From Octopus vulgaris (taxonomy: Eukaryota), in contig OX597840.1 in NCBI GenBank assembly GCA_951406725.2, positions 29,078,001-29,142,000 of the forward strand: DNA of 64,000 bases. Reading direction: 5' to 3'. Under the pieces are notes generated by a model. It was not told the DNA's origin, searched no databases, and saw only the letters and a list, made by a program, of their open reading frames with translations. The position numbers were made by a program, and so were the translations under genes. Of this stretch, positions 25,301 to 36,869 are shown one piece after another. Numbering within the stretch: position 1 is the first letter of the stretch; each line of letters opens with the position of its first letter.

Positions 25301-26861
25301 CCTCTATGCTGATGACCTTGCTCTAATTGCTGAGTCGCTATCAGAACTGGAGGAGAAGTTTCAGGTGTGGAAACAAGGATTAGAATCGAAGGGCCTCAGA
25401 GTCAATCTAGCTAAAACCAAAGTCGTAATCAGTAGGAAGGTAGACAAATCACAAACACCTTCAGGTAGATGGCTCTGCTCGATCTGTAGAAAAGGTGTAG
25501 GTAGAAACTCTATAAGATGCACCAAGTGTAAGCTATGGACACATAAGAGATGCAGCAATGTCAAAGGAAGGCTAACTAGGAAGATGGTTTTTGTATGTGG
25601 CAGATGCTCAGGAACAATAAACACTGAAAATGCTCTGAGACCAACCTCCATCACTTTCCAGGGAGAAAAACTAGAAATAGTCGATAGTTTCCGTTACCTA
25701 GGTGACCAAGTCAGCAGCGGGGGCGGGTGTGCTGAAAGTGTAACTGCTAGAGTAAGAATAGCTTGGGCAAAGTTCAGAGAGCTCTTACCTCTGCTGGTGA
25801 CAAAAGGCCTCTCGCACAGAGTGAAAGGCAGACTGTATGATGCGTGTGTACGAACAGCCATGCTACATGGCAGTGAAACATGGGCCGTGACTGCTGAGGA
25901 TATGCGTAAGCTCGCTAGAAATGAAGCCAGTATGCTCCGATGGATGTGTAATGCCGGTACTCACACTCGGCAGAGTGTAAGTACCTTGAGAGAAAAGCTG
26001 GACCTAAGAAGCATCAGTTGTGGTGTGCAAGAGAGACGTTTGCGCTGGTATGGTCATGTGGCGAGAATGGATGAAGATAGTTGTGTGAAAAAGTGCCACA
26101 CCCTAGCGGTTGAGGGAACCTGTGGAAGAGGCAGACCCAGGAAAACCTGGGACGAGGTGGTGAAGCACGACCTTCGAACTTTAGGTCTCACTGAGGAAAT
26201 GACTAGAGACCGAGACCTCTGGAAGTGTGCTGTGCGCGAGAAGACCCGGCAGGACAAGTGAGTCCATAACCCATGGCCTTCTACATGGGATGGAGCCGGC
26301 CTACGTATGCATACCTTCCCTTCTTGGGACACAAAACTCTACTTGTGAAGACGTGTTGAGGCAAGTGAGGATCAGAATCGAAATCGATCAATGGAAATTG
26401 CGGATGTGCTACCAGTGCCGGTGGCATGTCAAAACTCTGCTTGTGAAGACCCGTTGAGGCAAGTGAGAATCAGAATCGAAATCGATCAATGGAAATTGCA
26501 GATGTGTTACCAGTGCCGGTGGCATGTAAGAGAACTTTCCGTTTCGCGACCGTTGCCAGCACCGCCCCGTTTCGTGTCCGTTGCCAGCCTCGCCTGGCCC
26601 TCGTGCCGGTGGCACATAAAAAGCACCATCCGTTCGTGGCCGTTTGCCAGCTCTGTCTGGCACCAGTGCGGGTGGCACGTAAAAAGCACCCACTACACTC
26701 ACGGAGTGGTTGGCGTTAGGAAGGGCATCCAGCCGTAGAAACACTGCCAGATTTGACTGGGCCTGATGAAGCCTTCTGGCTTCACAGACCCCAGTAGAAC
26801 CGTCCAACCCATGCTAGCATGGAAAACGGACGCTAAACGATGATGATGATGATGATGATGA

Positions 26862-26864
<3 letters not shown>
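22361..26864 (+). mobile_element. Full-length RTE-clade LINE (5' UTR, single ORF, structured 3' UTR, (GAT)n tail); 5' boundary approximate
   Basis: Intact 1055-aa ORF; 3' UTR shared with more than 10 truncated copies; tail at 26839-26864. Confidence 0.9.
23094..26261 (+). CDS. RTE retrotransposon protein: APE endonuclease, reverse transcriptase and inserted PHD-type zinc finger
   Basis: EN motifs TLNVGTL, CMQEIRW, SAYAP, GDFNGH, IDYIL, PQHRLV. RT motifs KAPGPSGI, NYRGIKLL, QFGF, FVDMEKAFDRV, GVHQGSVLSPLLF, YADD, FRYLG. RTE C-terminus LRWYGHV, RGRPRKTW. Confidence 0.97.
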   Translation: MQVVLKATLLLHFLHMNSAKCELSFQVHEATVHRPRVSRAHASHTLRVGTLNVGTLKGRSGEIVEMLERRCVDICCMQEIRWRGGSARFLTGKERRYKIFWAGNTDGVGGVGILIAEKWVDKVIEVIRVCDRILKIRLVLHHSLATIISAYAPQSGLPDGLKDRFYDTLLQTTSLTNDRDLIFVAGDFNGHVGRHAGGFHGVHGGYGYGSRNEEGTRLLEFCDANNLMICNTNFRKPTSHLVTYQSGQHTSQIDYILTRQRERWLLINAKTFPGEECTPQHRLVVSDFRIRTRRTTRRRQIWRRRIWKLKDPANGQRFRDILLEASDEVEGDRASQGVEDSWTFLRDNLLRATDQICGWCKVPSRPRITWWWNNIVDRAIREKRQAWKVWKNGGSRGLYQTAKREARRQVYLARGEADKKKFANVLRREDQRLEVFRVARQCVRENRDVVGEKCVRMEDGSLALNEDAKREVWRCHYERLLNEENEWDKESLPNVDPTEGPAIRVDSSVVAKAIRSMKTGKAPGPSGITAEMLKMSGSVGYSLVTRIVNQVIHKGVIPNDWCSSIIVNCYKGKGDALDTNNYRGIKLLDQVMKVTERVIAQLIRERVSLDEMQFGFVPGKSTTDAIFLVRQLQEKYLAKDKPLYLAFVDMEKAFDRVPRSLIWWAMRKLGIDEWLVRAVRAMYRDAASRVRVGNVYSEEFRVEVGVHQGSVLSPLLFIIVLQAITEEFKTGCPWELLYADDLALIAESLSELEEKFQVWKQGLESKGLRVNLAKTKVVISRKVDKSQTPSGRWLCSICRKGVGRNSIRCTKCKLWTHKRCSNVKGRLTRKMVFVCGRCSGTINTENALRPTSITFQGEKLEIVDSFRYLGDQVSSGGGCAESVTARVRIAWAKFRELLPLLVTKGLSHRVKGRLYDACVRTAMLHGSETWAVTAEDMRKLARNEASMLRWMCNAGTHTRQSVSTLREKLDLRSISCGVQERRLRWYGHVARMDEDSCVKKCHTLAVEGTCGRGRPRKTWDEVVKHDLRTLGLTEEMTRDRDLWKCAVREKTRQDK

Positions 26865-26898
<34 letters not shown>

Positions 26899-27239
26899 AA
26901 CATATGCATATATACATACATATATATACATACCTACATACATATGTACATATATATGCATATGTGGGTACAGGACATCAAAATACCTTGAACACCAGTA
27001 TATATATATATATATGTGTATACTTGAACTGTCCAGACTCCAAATTGTCTGTTGTGGCTTGGTTTCTTCAGCTGGATGCCCTTCCAATGCCAACTACTTT
27101 ACAGGGTGTGTTGGGTTCTTCCAACGTGGGTGCAATTATACAGCACTGGTACAAGTGCACATTACTTTGCTCTGGAACCCTTAAGGGACAAATCTGTATA
27201 TATGGATGGGGCAATTTTGCTTAGTTTGACATGTCCTGA

Positions 27240-27633
27240 CGCTCGACCTTTATTCTCTAGAAAAACGACGACGCCGTGGTGATCTCATTCTTGCTCACAA
27301 CATCATAAGCGGAAAGTGTAACCTCTCGAAAGAGCTGTTCTTCACTCCTGCTCCAGAGCGTCGGCTGCGGGGTCACTCCGAAAAGCTCTATCTGCGATGA
27401 TTTCATCTCAATCGAAGGAGAGGGATTTTCTCCGTCCAGGTTGCTGATCCAGGGAATAAGCTGCCAGACGAGATAGTGAAGATGCCGACGACTGCTCGGT
27501 TCAAAGTCTCTCTTGACCAGAAATGGCCTGAACCCTTTGCATGAACACCATCCTGTACATAACTCCATGTCCCCCTACATGGCCTTGCTTTTGCTTTTCG
27601 AGCCAAAAAATTAACTTAACTTAACTTAACTTA
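27240..27633 (+). mobile_element. CR1-group LINE 3' end
   Basis: LYSLEKRRRRGDLILAHNII...LRGHSEKL...FSVQVADPGNKLP...FKVSLD with one stop; (TTAAC)n tail. Confidence 0.85.
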
Positions 27634-27849
27634 CAGCAAGTCACCACAACTCCTGGTCCCTTGTCACTTACAAAGTGAGGTCCAGTGCCCAAAGATCCTT
27701 TCTCACCACTATTTCCCATGTCTCTCTGGGTCTTCCCCTTCAACAGGTTTCAGCCATATAAATATAAGTGACTGGCTTCCTTCAGTTTCTATCAACAGAA
27801 TCAACTCCCAATGCTTTGACAAAGCCCAGAATGACACAGGCCGTATTAA

Positions 27850-28215
27850 GTTTCTTTATTGGCCACACAGGGCTGCACACAGATGGGACAAATTACAAGG
27901 TAGAGCTTTCCTTTTGGGGGATGATAAAAAAAAAAGTGGCGTTGGTTTTTGATCAAAAGGGATCGTAAAAGGGAAAGAAGAAAAAAAAGGAAAAGAAACA
28001 AAAGAAAAGAAAAAAGAAAAAAGAGGAAAAAAGGGGAAGAGGAAAAAAAAACGATCTATAGGGATCATGTATCACAGTGTCATGATGTACGGTGTAAAGG
28101 GGGAAGTAGATAAGGTTTATCTGTGGGAAGAAAAGCCTACGAAAAAGACCACGGTAACCTCGGTCAATATTGTTATATGATACCACATTTGTTTGCAAGT
28201 GGGTAACCCTCTATT
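27850..28215 (-). mobile_element. Probable LINE 3' UTR (pyrimidine-rich, ends in AATAAA); clade uncertain
   Basis: Minus end CCTTGTAATTTGTCCCATCTGTGTGCAGCCCTGTGTGGCCAATAAAGAAA resembles the SINE family C tail. Confidence 0.5.
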
Positions 28216-28469
28216 TTCAATTTCTGGGTTCATAGGATTATGCTGGGATTGAACTGAAAACCACATGGCTGGAAAACAAAATTTCTTAACCACCCAACCA
28301 GGTCGGATATACTTCCGTATATCCTCAAACCTTCTCTAAGTGATTGGTTTGTTTACTCAGTTCTTGCCATCTCTGCCTCTTTCATTATTCCATCAAATGA
28401 TGTTTATTAATGGTAAATATTTTAAATTGAATCCGTGTAGAGTGAAATGCCTTGATGGATATGCAAACA

Positions 28470-29720
<1,251 letters not shown>

Positions 29721-30084
29721 TGCAGACAGTTCTTCTGTCTATCAATTAACTTCCTTCGTTGTCTTTAACCTCATAACTCTACAAATCTTTAATTAATTTG
29801 ATCTAATTTCAACAGACCCCACCCACCCTCAACCACAATCAAAACACACCACCCTCGACCCAAAAGCCCACTACCACCACACTACCTCCCTCCCCTCTTA
29901 CATTACTCCTCCTCCTCCTACCTTCCTCCCTTTTGTGAAGCCCCTACCGTTACACTACCAAACTACTAGACTAAGACTAACACTGGCGCTGTACACCTCC
30001 ACTACATCCTATACTGTAGGTGTTTGACAATATCATCCAGGATTGTATTTGTATTGTCAGCTCTTATTTATTTCGGAAAACAAC

Positions 30085-30319
30085 TTCAACAATAACCACT
30101 ACTACTATCACTAACTCTACTACCACCACTGTAACTACTACTACTACTACTACTACTGCCGCCGCCGCCGCCGCAACCACCACCAACACCACTACCACTA
30201 CTACTACTACCTCTCCTACTACTGCTACTTTCACCAGCACCACTACCACCATCACCACCACCATCACTACTACCATTACCACCACCAGCACCACCACCAT
30301 CACTACTACCAGCACCACA

Positions 30320-30365
<46 letters not shown>

Positions 30366-30475
30366 TTGCTGCTGCTGCTGCTACTTTCACCACCACAAGC
30401 ACCAGCACCAGTACCACCAGCACTAGCTCCACCGTCACCACCACTACCACTGCTGCAACCACAACCACAACCACA

Positions 30476-30525
<50 letters not shown>

Positions 30526-30655
30526 CAACACCAGTACTTCCACTGCCACCAACACAACATCATCACCACCGCAACCACCGACACCACCATAAACCAAAAC
30601 ATGACCATCACCTCCGACAGCAGCAGCAGCAACAACAACAACAACAACAACAGCA
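30085..30655. repeat. (ACT/ACC/ACA)n trinucleotide mosaic
   Basis: Directly visible. Confidence 0.9.
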
Positions 30656-30799
30656 ATGAAATTAGCAAAGCCCGTCAGCATTAAACTAACGACCATATAA
30701 TTGCTGTGTTTTGCAATAAGTTCTGCAAGGAATAAAATTATGGTTCCTCATTCTTGGGAACTGGTTCTTCCGGCATTCTGTTTGGTGGCCCTTTTAGTT

Positions 30800-30823
30800 T
30801 TATGTGTGTGTGTATGTGTGTGC

Positions 30824-30873
<50 letters not shown>

Positions 30874-31952
30874 AGATGTATATGTATGTGTTTGATCATG
30901 TTTATATGTATATACATAAGTGAGTGTATATATGTGTATATGTGTACTTGTGAATGCATGTGTCTATATTTTTGTGTATATATGTGTATATGTGCATGTG
31001 TATATATGTATGTGTATATGTGAGTATGTGCATATGTATTTGTATGTGTATGTGTGTATATGTCTGTATGTATATATATGCACATGTATATGTATGTGTG
31101 TATATGTATATGTGTGTATGTATGAATGTGTATGTACATATATGTACATGTATATGTATATGTGTGTATGTATATGTGTGTAATGTTGTATGTGTGTATG
31201 TGTTTGATCATGTTTATATGCATATACATAAGTGAGTGTATATATGTGTATATGTGTACTTGTGAATGCATATGTCTATATTTTTGTGTATATATGTGTA
31301 TTTGTACATGTGTATATATGTATGTGTAAGTGTATATGTGAGTATGTGCATATGTATTTGTGTGTGTATGTGTATGTGGGTATATGTATATGCGTGTATG
31401 TATATATGTGTATGTACATATATGTACATGTATATGTATTTGTGTGTGTGTGTATGTGTGTACCTGTGAATGTATGTGTCTATATTTTTGTGTATATATG
31501 TGTATATGTACATGTGTATATATGTATGTGTAAGTGTATATGTGAGTATGTGCATATGTATTTGTGTGTGTATGTGTATGTGGGTATATGTATATGTGTA
31601 TGTGTAAATGTACATGTGTATGGGTGTATGTGTATAGGCATGTTTGTATGTGTATGTGTATTTGTATATGTATATGCATATGTGTGTATATGTATATATG
31701 CTTATATATATGTATGTGTATATATATATGTGTGTATATGTGTATGTGTACATGTGTATGTATGTGTATGTGTGTATGTATATATATGTGTATATCTTAT
31801 ATGAATTCATGTATTTATATATGTGTATATGCATATGTGTGTATATGTGTATGTGTGCATGTATATATTTGTTTGTGTATGTATGTGGGTATGTGTATGT
31901 GAACATATGTGTATGTATGTGTATATGTACATATATTTGTGTGTGTGTGTTT
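30800..31952. repeat. (TG/TA) cryptic microsatellite with higher-order internal duplications
   Basis: GTTTGATCATGTTTATATG at about 30889 and 31202; TGTCTATATTTTTGTG three times. Confidence 0.9.
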
Positions 31953-31999
31953 GGGCGAAGGTGGTTTTCTCCTGAATGTAATTGGGGAGAGAAAATATT

Positions 32000-32462
32000 A
32001 GTAGGACGGGGGGAGGTAGAAGGAGGAGGAAAGTAGGAGGAGGAAGGAAATAGGAGGTAAGTTAGGAGGAGGAAAAGGTAGGAGGAGGGAAGGAGAAGAG
32101 ATAAGAAGAGGAAGAGAGGTGGGAGGAGGTATAGAAAGAGGAGGTATAGTTGGAGGAGGAAAGGTAGGAGGAGAAGGGATAAGAGGAGGATTAGAGGTGG
32201 GAGGACGTATAGGAAGAGGAGGTATAGGAGGAGGAGGAAAAGGTAGGAGGAGGTATAGGAGGAGGGGAGGAGAAGGGATAAGAGGAGGAAGAGCGGTGGG
32301 AGGAGTATAGGAGTGGGAGATAGGAGATAGGACCTCACAAAAGGGAAGAAGGTAGAAGGAGGAGTAATATAAGAGAGGGAGGGAAGTAGGAGGAAATAAA
32401 GGTAGAAGGATGAGGGGCAGGGGAAGGAGGGATAGGAGGAGGAGTGGCGGGTGGAGGAGGAT
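32000..32462. repeat. Polypurine (GGA/AG-rich) tract
   Basis: Directly visible. Confidence 0.9.
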
Positions 32463-33056
32463 TAGCAGAATGGAACAAAATATAAGACAAAGAAGAAGAG
32501 AAACAAGAAGAAAGAGAGTGACCAGAAAATAATAAGAAAAAAGGGATTTATAATATTTTCATCCATTTTATCCCTGCAGCTGCACAAGAAAGGGGTCCAT
32601 CACTATTTGGAAGTAGTTAAAAGGGGTGCTTTGTGAGCAAGGTGGTTTTGGGTTCAGTCCCACTGCAAGACATCTTGGGTGCCTTCTACAATAACTTTGG
32701 GCTGATCAAAGCCTTGTGTGTGGATTTGATAAACGGAAACAATTCTCACAAATAAGTGAGAAAAAATATTCACTTAACGTGAACCATTTTTGCTCAACTG
32801 CAGGCAGACCAGGGTTTAGAATCCAGTGAGGACTTCTTGCTTGTACAAAAGTAATTACCGCAAACAACAAACCCCCACTGGACCCAAAAAACAAGTCTTA
32901 CCTTACAGTTGAGCTTCTTTTTTCACCAGCTGTACACAGCTTGGCTACTTCTTTTTGTGATATACACAACGCTGTCAACAACACATGCACAGTGGGAAGC
33001 AAGCTTCTTACCACACAGCCATGCCTGTGCCTATATATATATATATATATATATAT

Positions 33057-33255
33057 AAAGGGAAAGTTTACGAAAATAAACAAAAGACGAAGACAGGTGG
33101 TGTACAAAACAAACAGATGTATTAGTATAGTGCTCAGGAATAGAAAAAATCTTTTACGTTTTGAGCCTATGCTCTTCAACAGAAAGGTACACAGAAAAAA
33201 CAATGAGAGAAACAAGGAGAGAAAAAAATGTGTGTAGTGGCTAATGATCTATCAT
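33057..33255 (-). mobile_element. Short Penelope-like element in a (TA)n tract with degenerate hammerhead (33151-33186)
   Basis: Minus: CTTT-CTGTTGA-A-GAGC-atag-GCTC-AAA-ACGT-A-AAAG; same layout as 15626 but the core is altered. Confidence 0.55.
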
Positions 33256-33261
33256 ATATAT

Positions 33262-33670
33262 ATACTTTATTAAAAGCAGTAAAAATATCACAAAAACTGT
33301 TACTCAGAGTTTCATGTTCCCGTTCGTAGAACAGTTTTGTTTAGAATGGTGCGAGATAAAGTTATATACAGAAATACAATTACTTTGATAGATTCACATC
33401 TGAAAATGGTTTTGTTTCATTAATCCTTTCAACTAACAGCCTTTTCAACAACCGGTTGCATGAAATAACAAATTACAGTTTAAAATCACATTATTATAAA
33501 AATAAAAGAAAAGGGAACAGAAAATTAGAGAGAAAAAGGGAAAAAATAGAGGTAGAGAGAGTGAAATGAATGGTGTTTGAATATGCATCTAATGAAAGTT
33601 AGATACTTCGTTCAGCTTGAGAAACATACACTTATAAAAACGCATACATAAAATTACATGTATATCTACA
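33262..33670 (-). mobile_element. Penelope-like terminal repeat, left arm, with degenerate hammerhead (33293-33338)
   Basis: Minus: AAAACTGT-TCTACGA-ACG-ggaa-CAT-GAA-ACTCTGAGT-A-ACAGTTTT. Inverted homology to 34390-34560 and 35385-35630. Confidence 0.65.
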
Positions 33671-33687
33671 TAAATACAAACATACAA

Positions 33688-34350
33688 TTTTTCTCTATCC
33701 GCCATTTCTCGGTGTATCACCACATAAATCCAAAATGCAGCTGTTTGTAAAGGCTAATGAGACTCACACCCTCAGTCTGACACGGAATGAAACTATTTAT
33801 AATATCAAGAACATGCTTTTCAATTTGGGTGGATTTGATATCAGACAACCCCCTTTGCTTGCGAAGACATGTTGGGGCAAGCGAAATCGAAATCGAATTG
33901 AACCAGCCAGGATCCCTGGTCTGGTGGTACGTAAAAAGCACTATCCGACTCGTGGCTGATGCCAGCGCCGCCTCGACTGGCTTCCGTGCCGGTGGCACAT
34001 AAAATACACCAATCCGACCATGGCAAGTTTTAACATTCAATGGTTCCCCACTTGCCAATGACTTTTCTGTTGGGTCATTGCAAGATATGAACACTCTTCA
34101 CTTGGATATGAGAATGCTTGGAGGCAAAGTCCATAGTTCTTTGGCTCAAGCTGGCAAAGTGAAGGGACAAACCCCTAAAGTGGAGAAGCAAGAAAAGAAG
34201 AAACAGAGAACTGGTCGTGCTAAGTGACGCATGCAATACAACAGGAGGTTTGTCAATGTGGTTGCTGGTTTCAGACGAAGGAAAGGACCAAATGCCAATT
34301 CTTAGTGTTCTGAAAATGTAATTACTAAACTTGTAATAAAAATAAATAAT
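33688..34350 (+). pseudogene. FAU: Processed pseudogene of ubiquitin-like FUBI-ribosomal protein S30 fusion
   Basis: ATG 33735 MQLFVKANETHTL...GGFDIRQ, then a 175-bp insert, then [10 protein letters not shown]...[63 protein letters not shown] (TAG 34303-34305). Premature TGA at 34225; intronless; pyrimidine-rich 5' leader; AATAAA at 34335. Confidence 0.95.
33849..34023 (+). mobile_element. Internal RTE 3' UTR segment inserted in the FAU pseudogene
   Basis: GCGAAGACATGTTGGGGCAAG...GTGCCGGTGGCACATAAAATACACC; lacks the RTE terminal tail. Confidence 0.85.
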
Positions 34351-34810
34351 TAAATACATAGAATACACACACATATAATGTAATATTATATATACATGTA
34401 ATTTTATATGAGCGTTTTCATTTGTGTACATTTCGCAAGCTGAACAATGTATATAATGAAAGTTAGATTCCTATTGGAAAGCCTTCATTTCACGCTCTCC
34501 CTACTTCTATCTATTTCTCCCTTTTCTCTCTCTCTAATTTTTCCGCTTCTTTTTCTTTTATTTCTTTTTCTTCTTTTCCCCTTTTTTCTTTCTCCCCCCT
34601 TGTTATTCTCTGATCTCTTCCTTTTCTTTCTTTCACCTGTAACACCTAATCTGTATAAGCATACACCAGGAGGTTTTGTGCATGTGCATGGGTGTGCATG
34701 CATATATACATATGCATTTGTATATATTTATGTTTTGCCTATATATGTATATAGCCATCCACTTATGTCTGTGTGTTTAGCATATATACATACATTATAA
34801 ATTGCTTGGT

Positions 34811-35224
34811 ATACTCTTTACTCTTTTACTTGTTTCAGTCATTTGACTGAGGCCATGCTGGAGCACCGCCTTTAGTCGAGCAACTCGACCCCAGGACTTA
34901 TTCTTTGTAAGCCCAGTACTTATTCTATCGGTCTCTTTTGCCAAACTGCTAAGTGACGGGGACGTAAACACACCAGCATCTGTTGTCAAGCAATGCTAGA
35001 GGGACAAACACAGACACACAAACACACACACGCATACATATATATATATATACATATATATGACAGGCTCCTTTCAGTTTCCGTCTATCAAATCCACTCA
35101 CAAGGCATTGGTCGGCTCGGGGCAATAGTAGAAGACACTTGCCCAAGATGCCACACAGTGGGACTGAACCCAGAACCATGTGGTTGGTTAGTAAGCTACT
35201 TCCCACACAGCCACTCCTACGCCT
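34811..35224 (-). mobile_element. SINE family A
   Basis: Full head-to-tail match. Confidence 0.9.
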
Positions 35225-35329
35225 ATGTGTATATATTGCTAAATGTATATCTAATTTTGCATGAAAAATTTTTAAACAGATTTATCTTTTAATTTATTAA
35301 TTTCATATTTTTACAGCTAATTATTTACC

Positions 35330-35689
35330 CTGGGAATTCAGGCCTTTTCCCTTCTTTATAAACTATTTTTGATTTAAGGTTTTCTTCGATTTTTATAATA
35401 ATGTGATTTTAAACTGTAATTTGTTATTTCATGCAACCGGTTATTGAAAAGACCATAAGTTGAAAGGACCAATGAAACAAAACTATTTTCAAATGTGTTT
35501 CTATGAAAGCAATTTTATTTCTGCATATAATTTAATCTTGCGCCATTCTACACAAAACTGTTCGACGAACGGGTATGTGAAACTCTGAGTAACAGATATT
35601 TTTGCTGCTTTTTAATACAGCATATTACTCTACCTCTGGTATTTGAGTACTATTTTTTCACCTTGTTTCTTATTTATGTGCTTACTCTG

Positions 35690-35690
<1 letters not shown>
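35330..35690 (+). mobile_element. Penelope-like terminal repeat, right arm, with hammerhead-like motif (35554-35595)
   Basis: CTGT-TCGACGA-ACG-ggta-TGT-GAA-ACTCTGAGT-A-ACAG; inverted copy of 33262-33510. Confidence 0.65.
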
Positions 35691-35748
<58 letters not shown>

Positions 35749-35749
35749 C

Positions 35750-35929
35750 TAACAGCATGGTTCTGGGCTCAATCTCACTGCATGGCACCTTGGGTAAGTG
35801 TTTTCTACCATAGCCTTGGGCTCACCAAAGCCTTGTAAGTGGATTTGGTAGAGGGAAACTGAAAGGAGCTTGTTGTATGTGTATATATATATATATGTGT
35901 GTGTGTGTATGTATGTATGTATGTATACA

Positions 35930-35960
<31 letters not shown>

Positions 35961-36158
35961 ATGTGTGTGTATATGTTTGTGCATCGGTGTTTGTCCCCCC
36001 AACATCGTTTGACAACTGATGATGGTATGTTTATGTCTCTATAACTTAGCAGTTCAGCAAAAGAGGTACAAAGAATAAGTCCCAGGATCGATTTGCTTGA
36101 CTAAAGGCAGTGCTCCAGCATGGCCACAGTGAAATGCCTGAAACAAATAAATAAAAGA
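35750..36158 (+). mobile_element. SINE family A, diverged and 5'-truncated
   Basis: GGCACCTTGGGTAAGTG...GTGCTCCAGCATGGCCACAG. Confidence 0.85.
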
Positions 36159-36248
36159 ATATATATATATAATATATAATAATAATAATAGTAATAATAA
36201 TAATAATAATGATATATATATATATATATAATATAGTATAATATATAT

Positions 36249-36287
<39 letters not shown>

Positions 36288-36301
36288 TATTATATATATA
36301 T

Positions 36302-36352
<51 letters not shown>

Positions 36353-36406
36353 TATATATATACATATATATATATAATATAGTATTATATATATATATAC
36401 ATACAT

Positions 36407-36455
<49 letters not shown>

Positions 36456-36456
<1 letters not shown>

Positions 36457-36491
36457 AAATAAGCAACGAGGATATCCTCGTTGCTTATTTT
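36456..36491. repeat. Perfect 36-bp palindrome
   Basis: AAAATAAGCAACGAGGAT|ATCCTCGTTGCTTATTTT. Confidence 0.95.
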
Positions 36492-36826
36492 GATTATAAT
36501 CACCTTATTTCAAATTGTATGGATAATACCATACCAAATTCTGGTGTCTCAACTTAAGTACCATATTCATCTGAATCTAAATTTTTACTGAACTTATATA
36601 TATATATATATATGTATAAATAAAAAGGGGTTTGTATGATTGTATATAGAGGGATATATATTATTCAATGGAATTCCAACTCTGTTTTTTATGTTTTATT
36701 TATATTCTTTATAATATTAATGTAGAATATAGAATATATAGTATAAATTGTATATACATATAGTATAATGAAATGAAGTATTGATTGTCTTATTGAATAG
36801 ATGAAATATTGAATATCAAATATTGA

Positions 36827-36869
36827 GGGACTAGTATACTTTCTTGCATTTAAGCAGTCTTCAAGCTCC
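36827..36869 (-). ncRNA. Degenerate minimal hammerhead-like motif
   Basis: Minus: GGAGC-TTGAAGA-CTGC-ttaaat-GCAA-GAA-AGTATACT-A-GTCCC. Confidence 0.45.

Noticed and set aside
26410-26700. CRISPR- or retron-like array next to an RT
   Set aside because: The linkers are homologous to one another (tandem modules) and the RT is a typical APE-type LINE. Kept only as a structured UTR finding.
26760-26795. Hammerhead at CTGATGA-AGCC-TTCT-GGCTTC
   Set aside because: No GAAA or stem III follows, and other copies read CTGGTGCAGCC, so the match is by chance.
33735-34305. Functional FAU gene with an intron
   Set aside because: The insert lacks GT-AG and is RTE-derived, there is a premature TGA in S30, and conserved residues are changed (VHGS to VHSS).
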